The position numbers and the translations under genes were made by a program. A stretch of DNA of 24,000 nt from Paenibacillus rhizovicinus. Lineage in GTDB: Bacteria > Bacillota > Bacilli > Paenibacillales > Paenibacillaceae. The stretch's first letter is position 1, and each line of letters begins with the position of its first letter. Under the pieces are notes generated by a model. It saw only the letters and a list, made by a program, of their open reading frames with translations, did not search any database and was not told the DNA's origin. Where the stretch lies: contig NZ_CP048286.1 of NCBI RefSeq assembly GCF_010365285.1, forward strand, positions 4,278,046 to 4,302,045, given 5' to 3'. Of the stretch, positions 15,877-22,174 are shown in pieces.

Positions 15877-16886
15877 ATCAAGTACGAATCGGCATTATCG
15901 GCGCGGGCAGAATTTCGCATGTCATGTCGACGGCGCATGCGCAGGTACCGGAGTCCAAGCTGCATGGCGTCTTCGACGTCGTCCGCGCTTCGGCCGAGAA
16001 GCTGGCAAGCAAATTCAATATCCCGAACGTGTACGACAGCTATCAAGACATGCTTGCTTCCGACGAGATCGATGCGGTGCTCGTCTGCACGCCGACGTTT
16101 CTGCATGAGCAGATCGTGATCGACGCTGCGAACGCGGGCAAACACGTCTTTTGCCAGAAGCCGATGGCGCTTACGCTGGAGCAGTGCGAACGGATGAACG
16201 CGGCGGCGCTGGAGAACAACATTATCCTGCAAGTCGGTTTCATGATCCGGTACACGCCTCCTTTCGTCGAAGTGAAGGAACGGCTCGACGCCGGAGAGAT
16301 CGGCGATATTATCGCGATCCGCTCCGCCGTGTTCGGCTGGGAGCCGTCCGCGGAATGGTTCTACGATCCGGATCAAGGCGGCGGCATTCTGATCGATACG
16401 ATCATCCATACGTTCGACCTGTACCGCTGGTACGCGGGAGAAGTAACGTCCATCTACGCCGACGGTGGAGCCTACGTATTCGAAGGCGCGCGCAAGTTTG
16501 GCACGGCGGACAATATCATGTGCGCGCTGAAATTCGAGAATGGCGCAATGGGCAGCATTTACGGCAGCTGGTCCAGCGGTTACGGCGACAAGACGCTCGA
16601 AATTTACGGCACGAAAGGCTCGTTCTTCATCGATCTGATGGAAGCGCAGGGCGGCCGGGCGTTTATCAAGAAAGACAGGGAAGCCGAGGCTCCGAATCCG
16701 GCCGAAGGCTGGAACAATCTCGGCGTCCTGTGGAAATTCGGCTACCAGCAGGAAGCGCGGCAGTTTACGTACAGCGTGCTCGGCAAAGTGCCGCCGCAAG
16801 CGACGGGAACCGACGCGGTCGCCGCGCAGCGGCTCGCCTTGCTGGCCGACGAATCCATTCGGACCTCCAAGGTCGTGCACATCTAA
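15873..16886 (+). CDS. Gfo/Idh/MocA-family oxidoreductase, paralogue 2
   Basis: Canonical IGIIGAGRISH loop, QKP motif and GGGILIDTIIHTFD. The ATG at 15873 overlaps the upstream stop codon (ATGA). The track start at 15702 is an Arg-rich read-through of gene 1. Confidence 0.9.
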   Translation: MNQVRIGIIGAGRISHVMSTAHAQVPESKLHGVFDVVRASAEKLASKFNIPNVYDSYQDMLASDEIDAVLVCTPTFLHEQIVIDAANAGKHVFCQKPMALTLEQCERMNAAALENNIILQVGFMIRYTPPFVEVKERLDAGEIGDIIAIRSAVFGWEPSAEWFYDPDQGGGILIDTIIHTFDLYRWYAGEVTSIYADGGAYVFEGARKFGTADNIMCALKFENGAMGSIYGSWSSGYGDKTLEIYGTKGSFFIDLMEAQGGRAFIKKDREAEAPNPAEGWNNLGVLWKFGYQQEARQFTYSVLGKVPPQATGTDAVAAQRLALLADESIRTSKVVHI

Positions 16887-16900
16887 GGGGGCTGCGAACG

Positions 16901-17908
16901 ATGATCGGCGTAGGCGTGGTCGGAACGGGATTTTGGGCGCGAATGACGCATTTGCCCGCATTTCGAACGATTGAAGGCTTTGAATTGAAAGCGGTTGCTT
17001 CCGGCCGCAAGGCGAATGCGGAGCAGGCAGCCGGGCAATTCGACATTCCCGTTGCGCATGAAGACTATCTGGCGCTCGTGAGGGATCCGAATGTGCAGGT
17101 CGTGGACATCTGCGCGCCAAATGACCTGCACGCGGACATCGCGATGGCGGCTTTCGCGGAGGGCAAGGACGTGATCTGCATCAAGCCGCTGGCGACCAGC
17201 TTGGCGGATGCGTACCGGATGGTCAACGAGGCGGACAAACGAAACTGCAAGCTCTATTACGCGGAGAACGTACCGTTCATCCCTGCGCTCGCCAAGTTGA
17301 AAGAACTGATCGATGGCGGCTTGTACGGACGGCTCTTCCGGTTCAAAGCCTGCGAAGGCATCGGCTCGCTGCATGCGTCCTGGTTCTCGGATCCGGAGCG
17401 GGCCGGCGGCGGCTCGATTATCGATATGGCCGTGCACGGGATGTCGTTCCTGCAGTGGATGGCAGCGGGCAAGAAGGCGGTGAAGCTGCATGCGGAGGCG
17501 GGCACGTTTCTCCATCGGCAGCAGGCGGAGGACACGTCCGTCATCGTGATCCGGTTCGAGGACGGATCGATCGGCCAGACGGAGGACAGCTGGTCGCTGG
17601 CCGGCGGCTACGACTCGCGGTTCGAGGTGTTCGGCACCAAAGGGCATGCGCTGGCGGACCTGCTCTACCAGCACCCGATCCGTTCGGTGACGGGAACCTC
17701 CGCCGAAGGCGGCGCGACGGTGTCGCAGCTGCATCCGGTCGACGAGCATTTCGTGAAGGACGGCCATTTGAACATGATGATGCATTTTCGGGATTGCATG
17801 CGGGGACAGTCGGCTTGCCGCTCGGGCGGAGCGGAAGGGTACGAAATCATGGCATGGGTCGACGCCGCATATCGATCCGTGCGAACCGGCGTGCCTGTCG
17901 TCTTGTGA
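16901..17908 (+). CDS. Gfo/Idh/MocA-family oxidoreductase, paralogue 3
   Basis: VGVVGTGFWARMTH loop, IKP motif and GGGSIIDMAVHGMS. The ATG at 16901 is preceded by AAGGGGG. The track start at 16151 is an artefact in another gene's shadow. Confidence 0.9.
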   Translation: MIGVGVVGTGFWARMTHLPAFRTIEGFELKAVASGRKANAEQAAGQFDIPVAHEDYLALVRDPNVQVVDICAPNDLHADIAMAAFAEGKDVICIKPLATSLADAYRMVNEADKRNCKLYYAENVPFIPALAKLKELIDGGLYGRLFRFKACEGIGSLHASWFSDPERAGGGSIIDMAVHGMSFLQWMAAGKKAVKLHAEAGTFLHRQQAEDTSVIVIRFEDGSIGQTEDSWSLAGGYDSRFEVFGTKGHALADLLYQHPIRSVTGTSAEGGATVSQLHPVDEHFVKDGHLNMMMHFRDCMRGQSACRSGGAEGYEIMAWVDAAYRSVRTGVPVVL

Positions 17909-17943
17909 CGCGGACACGCGACTTCATTGAAGGAGGAAAGGGA

Positions 17944-19020
17944 ATGACAAAGCTTCGCATCGGCATGATTAGCTACGAGCACGTGCACGCCGATTTTCGT
18001 TCCAAGGCGCTGCGCGAAATGGAGAACGTTGAAATCGTCGCGGTCGCGGACGACGATCCGGCGCGCGGCGCCGCGGCTGCCAATCGTTACGGGGGGCAGT
18101 ATTACGGCGATTACAGGGAGCTGCTTGCGCGCAAGGATATCGATTTCGTATTCATTCATTCCGCGAATGCCGATCACTTATCGATGGTGCTCGACACCGT
18201 GTCCGCCGGCAAAAACCTGTTCTGCGAGAAGCCGATCGCGACGAGCGCGGCCGACGCGCTTGCCATGACGCTGGCGGTGGAGCGCGCCGGACTGCGGGGG
18301 ACGGTCGGCTTCTGCAGCCGGTTCATTCCCGAAGCCGAACGGGCGAAGGAAGTGATCGACAGCGGGCTGATCGGCCGGATTATCAGCGCCCGTGCGGTCA
18401 TCGGGCTGGCGGGCATCCAGGAAATCGGCTGTCCGGATTACATGACGGACTGGATGGTCGATCCGGTCCGCGGAGGCGGAGGCGCGTTCATCGACGAAGG
18501 CGCGCACGCGATCGATCTGCTGCGCTGGTATGCCGGCGATATCGCGGCGGTGTCCACGCTGACGGCGAACAATGCCAAGCCGCAGCTGATGGTGGAAGAC
18601 AATGCGGCGACCGTGCTGCAATTCGCCAGCGGAGCATTAGGCACATTAAATACGCTCTGGAGCCTGCATATCGATGTCGGCATGCGCAACACGCTGGAGA
18701 TTTACGGAACGGAAGGGACGATTTCGCTGGAGCTGACGAGCAAGCATCCGAAGCTGCAGGTGTATTCCGAATTCTTAGGCGGATCGGCGAACGGCAGCTG
18801 GTTCGAGCCGCATATTAAACCGAAAGAAGCGGAGCCCCACGATTACCAAAGCTGGCCGACGCACGCGCAGCACTACAAACGGGAAGTGACGGACATCATC
18901 AACTGTCTGCGCCAGGACCGTCCATTCCGCGCCGGCTTCCGCGATGGTCTGCATGTGGCGCAGGTAACCGAAGCGGGATACTCGTCCGCCAAAGAGGGCA
19001 GGACGATTCGAATCGATTAA
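17944..19020 (+). CDS. Gfo/Idh/MocA-family oxidoreductase, paralogue 4 (non-canonical N-terminal loop)
   Basis: EKP motif (LFCEKPIATS) and GGGAFIDEGAHAIDLLRW. The glycine-rich loop is replaced by IGMISYEHVHA. The ATG at 17944 is preceded by GAAGGAGGAAAGG. Confidence 0.9.
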   Translation: MTKLRIGMISYEHVHADFRSKALREMENVEIVAVADDDPARGAAAANRYGGQYYGDYRELLARKDIDFVFIHSANADHLSMVLDTVSAGKNLFCEKPIATSAADALAMTLAVERAGLRGTVGFCSRFIPEAERAKEVIDSGLIGRIISARAVIGLAGIQEIGCPDYMTDWMVDPVRGGGGAFIDEGAHAIDLLRWYAGDIAAVSTLTANNAKPQLMVEDNAATVLQFASGALGTLNTLWSLHIDVGMRNTLEIYGTEGTISLELTSKHPKLQVYSEFLGGSANGSWFEPHIKPKEAEPHDYQSWPTHAQHYKREVTDIINCLRQDRPFRAGFRDGLHVAQVTEAGYSSAKEGRTIRID

Positions 19021-19180
19021 AGCAGAGAAACAGAGAACCGAGAAACAATGAAACAGTGAACAGAGAAACGATGAAACAGAGAAACAGAGACAGAGAAACA
19101 GAGAACCGAGAAACAATGAAACAGAGAAACAGAAACAGAAAAGATACAGAGAAGATACAGAGAAGATACAGAGAAACAGA
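19021..19180 (+). repeat. Polypurine (A/G with periodic C) tandem-repeat tract
   Basis: The 34-bp unit CAGAGAAACAGAGAACCGAGAAACAATGAAACAG occurs at 19023-19056 and again at 19091-19124, a 68-bp period. AAGATACAGAG occurs three times in perfect tandem (19141-19173). The background is GAAACAGA-like octamers with almost no T on the plus strand. Confidence 0.9.
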
Positions 19181-19184
19181 ATTC

Positions 19185-19219
19185 GTCCGTAGGCCGCAGA
19201 ACCTTCTGCGCTTACGGAC
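19185..19219 (+). terminator. Long hairpin after the repeat tract, possibly the operon terminator or an RNA-stabilising stem (no U-tract)
   Basis: The outer stem is GTCCGTA (19185-19191) with TACGGAC (19213-19219). The inner stem is CGCAGA (19195-19200) with TCTGCG (19205-19210). The downstream sequence is not T-rich. Confidence 0.35.
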
Positions 19220-19335
19220 TGCCTGCGTTCCGGCGAAAGGTTGACGCTAGTCTTGCGGCCTATCAGAGATGCGTGATATGGTAATAGATACTTCGCCAAA
19301 TTTTACTTTTTTTTCCGGAAGGGTGTTGGGGATCG

Positions 19336-19758
19336 ATGAGATGGATCGGCGTTTTCCGCGCGGCTTCCTATGTCTGGCGCAAAAATACGTTCGCGAAGCT
19401 GCTGCTTTCCTTCATGGTCGTTAACGTCCTGAACCTTATGTTCGTCTTCGGGCTGTTCTATTATAAATCCGATCAAGTGATGAAAGACGAAATCAATCAG
19501 CTCTCCCACAAGCTGCTCGCCCAAACGCAGAACGTGTCCAACTACATGTATACGTCCACGATCAAAGGCGGCTACGACCTCTATTACGACGACAGCGTCT
19601 ATTCGGCAATGTTCTCCGGCGACGAGGTCGACGTGTACGACCAGCATAATCTGCTTACCCGCATGAACCGTTTCTTGCAATCCAATCCAATCGTGCAATC
19701 CATTTACTTATATAATTTCCAGCTCGATCCGTTATCTCTACCGCGTACCCCAATATGA
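19336..19758 (+). CDS. N-terminal fragment of the sensor/AraC regulator (TM1 plus the start of the extracytoplasmic domain)
   Basis: It has a TM helix, FAKLLLSFMVVNVLNLMFVFGLFYY, followed by a soluble region that ends abruptly. Its stop codon overlaps the next ATG (ATGA at 19755-19758). Confidence 0.6.
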   Translation: MRWIGVFRAASYVWRKNTFAKLLLSFMVVNVLNLMFVFGLFYYKSDQVMKDEINQLSHKLLAQTQNVSNYMYTSTIKGGYDLYYDDSVYSAMFSGDEVDVYDQHNLLTRMNRFLQSNPIVQSIYLYNFQLDPLSLPRTPI

Positions 19759-21683
19759 GAACGAATGTGTTTCCCGACCAGGAAATGACCATGTACATGC
19801 GCAAATTCCACTACGATACGCCGCGCATCCCCTACTTGCTGCGCCATGCAATGCCGGGCAAGCCGAAGGGCAGCCCGACGCTGTCCATGATCGTGACGGA
19901 GCCTTCGTCCGACTCGGATCTGGTTCGCGGCGCGATGATCATCAATATCGACGATGTCCAGCTGAAGAAATTGTTGACGGAGATGTCCAGCGATCCGATC
20001 AACCAGCTCTTCATCCTGCAGAACGACGGGCAGTTCGTGGCGGCGCCGGATTCGAACCGATACGCTGACGAACAGTCCAACTTCCGCTACAATAGCATGA
20101 TTCAGGAAACCAAGGCGCAGAGCGGCACGTTCATCGAAAAAATCGACGGCCACAAGTACGTGATCGCTTTCCAGAAGACGAATCTGTCGAGCACGGGCTT
20201 CGTCTACGTCAGCGTCTATCCATATACGACCTTGTTCAAAAGCTTAATTCGCATCCGCGATATTACGCTGCTCAGCAGCGCGTTTCTGCTGATTGCCAGC
20301 CTGCTGGTCTCCGTGTTTCTATCCCGGAACATCTATGTGCCGATTCGCTCGCTGACGCAGTTTGCCAAGAAGCAGACGAAGGATGGCGCGGATTACGCCA
20401 AAGCCGGCGATATCGAGACGATTTCGCGCGTCCTGTCTACCGTGATCAAGGAGAACGAGTCGCTGGAGCACGGCTCGTACCGCACCCGCAAGCTGCTGCG
20501 GGAACAATTCCTGCGCAGCTTGCTGATGGGCTACGAGGAGAGCCGAAGCTCGTTCCGGCGGATGGTGAAGGAGCATGGCATCGAGCTCGGCACGGCCGAG
20601 CGGATTCGCGTCATCGTGGTTCGGCTGGATCATTACCGGCAAGTCGAGGCGAGCTACGAGAGCGAGAGCCGGTATCTGCTTCGCTACGCCGTCTGCAATA
20701 TTGCCGAAGAATCGCTTGCCGGCAGCTGCCGGACGTTATCCGTCGATATCGGCACCGATCATATCGCCGTGATCGCGGATCAGACGGTGCAGGAGGAGGA
20801 AGCGCTGCTTGCGGCATTGCGTCAAGTAAGGGACAACGTCCGCGAATACTTGAAGCTCAGCGCGACGATCGGCATCGGCGACGCCGTCGAGTCGCTGGCC
20901 GAAGCCGCCTATTCGTACGAGGGAGCGCTCTCCGCATCGCACTATCGCATCTTCCACGGAGCGGGCGCGATTCTGAGCCGCGAGCGGATGTTTGCCCATT
21001 CAACGGGCGACTACCCGTACGACAAAGAGAAGCTGATCGCCGCGGAGCTGAAGCTGGGCCGGCCGCAGAAGGTGAAAGAGGCGATCGACGGTTTGCTGGG
21101 CGGCCTGGAGAAATATCCGCATCCCGACCTGTACGCCCTATTGGCCCAAATGATCGTGAATGTGTCGAAGGCCGTACAGTCGACGCAGGCGAAGCCGAAT
21201 TCGCTGCCCGCCTTAAGCTATGATGGCGTTTATTCCCAATTAAGCAAGCTGGAAACGCGCGAAGAGGCTGCCGAATCGATCGCGGAGCTATTCAAAGGCG
21301 CGAGCGAAGAGAAGGCGGAAGGCAAGTCGGCCAAGAGCATCGCCACGATCGAGAAAGGCATTCAATTCATCGAGGAGAACTACCAGCGCGTCGACTTCTC
21401 GGTGACGGACGTAGCGGAGCATCTGCGCTATTCGGTCAGTTACTTGAATAAACTGTTCAACGAGCATACGACGTTCTCCGTTCATGAATTCATCAACCGC
21501 AAACGGCTGCTGAAAGCGAAAGAGCTGATCGAGCAGACGGATGCGCTGATCAACGAAATCGCGGCCATGGCCGGCTTCAGCTCCAGCAATTATTTTTACT
21601 TCGTCTTCAAGAAGGAATTCGGCCAGACGCCGAACGCTCACCGCAGGATGCAAGGGATGCAAGACAATGAGGAACCCGGATAA
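19755..21683 (+). CDS. AraC-family transcriptional regulator, C-terminal ORF (rest of the sensor domain, TM2, linker, HTH)
   Basis: The TM helix ITLLSSAFLLIASLLVSVFLS lies near residue 175. The C-terminal AraC HTH_18 region is VTDVAEHLRYSVSYLNKLF ... INEIAAMAGFSSSNYFYFVFKKEFGQTPNAHR. Confidence 0.8.
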   Translation: MRTNVFPDQEMTMYMRKFHYDTPRIPYLLRHAMPGKPKGSPTLSMIVTEPSSDSDLVRGAMIINIDDVQLKKLLTEMSSDPINQLFILQNDGQFVAAPDSNRYADEQSNFRYNSMIQETKAQSGTFIEKIDGHKYVIAFQKTNLSSTGFVYVSVYPYTTLFKSLIRIRDITLLSSAFLLIASLLVSVFLSRNIYVPIRSLTQFAKKQTKDGADYAKAGDIETISRVLSTVIKENESLEHGSYRTRKLLREQFLRSLLMGYEESRSSFRRMVKEHGIELGTAERIRVIVVRLDHYRQVEASYESESRYLLRYAVCNIAEESLAGSCRTLSVDIGTDHIAVIADQTVQEEEALLAALRQVRDNVREYLKLSATIGIGDAVESLAEAAYSYEGALSASHYRIFHGAGAILSRERMFAHSTGDYPYDKEKLIAAELKLGRPQKVKEAIDGLLGGLEKYPHPDLYALLAQMIVNVSKAVQSTQAKPNSLPALSYDGVYSQLSKLETREEAAESIAELFKGASEEKAEGKSAKSIATIEKGIQFIEENYQRVDFSVTDVAEHLRYSVSYLNKLFNEHTTFSVHEFINRKRLLKAKELIEQTDALINEIAAMAGFSSSNYFYFVFKKEFGQTPNAHRRMQGMQDNEEPG

Positions 21684-21699
21684 TGTCCGGGTTCTTTTT
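21672..21699 (+). terminator. Rho-independent terminator overlapping the AraC stop codon
   Basis: GAACCCGGA (21672-21680) pairs with TCCGGGTTC (21686-21694) and is followed by TTTTT. The TAA stop codon lies in the loop. Confidence 0.85.
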
Positions 21700-21924
21700 G
21701 TTCTATCAACGCGATGAGCTATCCTGACCGGCCAACCATGACTCGTTGACTCGTCCGCGCGGCCTGTCACCATGATCAGCCAAGCCATAAACGACTCAGA
21801 AGCGGAATTCGGACTCCAATTTTGTGGTTTTTGGCCGTTTTTCTGAGAGAAGAGCAGATTTCAAACTAGTTTTCGCAGTCCCGGTTAGTCCACTATTAGG
21901 GACGTAGTCACGCCATTGAGGAGG

Positions 21925-22080
21925 GAGGGAGCGGTACGCGGAGGCACGCGCGCGGCCTGCGCCAAGTTGAAGCCTCGCGCCGGGCGGCAGCCCGCGACAT
22001 GCAGCGGCCGGAGATAAGCGGCGGCTCGCGGTACGCGGCAGCCCGAGGCATGCAAGGCAGCTCGCGGCAACCAGTCCGTT
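21925..22080. repeat. GC-rich degenerate direct repeats in an intergenic spacer
   Basis: GCGGTACGCGG occurs at 21931-21941 and 22028-22038. GCGGCAGCCCG, followed by a CATGCA motif a few nt downstream, occurs at 21984-21994 and 22035-22045. The local GC content is far above that of the flanking AT-rich spacer. Confidence 0.6.
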
Positions 22081-22109
22081 GCGTCTGACGAAGCCATCTA
22101 AGTCTGGAT

Positions 22110-22123
22110 TGAAAGCGCTTTAG
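22110..22123. promoter_or_regulatory. cre-like / LacI-family operator-like site upstream of the glycoside hydrolase gene
   Basis: TGAAAGCGCTTTAG matches the catabolite-responsive element pattern TGWAANCGNTNNCW at 12 of 14 positions. The left 12 nt are palindromic around the central GC. Confidence 0.4.
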
Positions 22124-22174
22124 CTGAAAAGAGCTGCTGCTGGTCACAGAGAAAATGAGGCGAGGAGGATGTTG

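Larger units (their letters stand above)
19336..21683 (+). pseudogene. Membrane-anchored sensor/AraC-type regulator locus split by a frameshift
   Basis: Two adjacent ORFs in different frames together rebuild one architecture: TM1, an extracytoplasmic domain, TM2, a linker and an AraC HTH. The frames switch within 19713-19758. Confidence 0.55.

Noticed and set aside
19021-19180. The purine repeat tract as a CRISPR array, as a TRAP-type (GAG/UAG)n binding site, or as coding sequence (ORFs 19056-19244 on the plus strand and 18775-19299 on the minus strand).
   Set aside because: There is no alternation of constant repeats with unique spacers, and the units are only 8-11 bp. The GAG triplets are spaced 4-5 nt or more apart, not the 2-3 nt that TRAP needs. 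Both ORF translations are pure low-complexity repeats (RNRETMKQ... and FLCLCFSVS...).
21885-22147. Two overlapping minus-strand ORFs (70 and 79 aa) in the GC-rich island.
   Set aside because: They are Ala/Arg/Pro-rich products of GC-rich repeats and overlap each other in different frames. They have no RBS and no start context.
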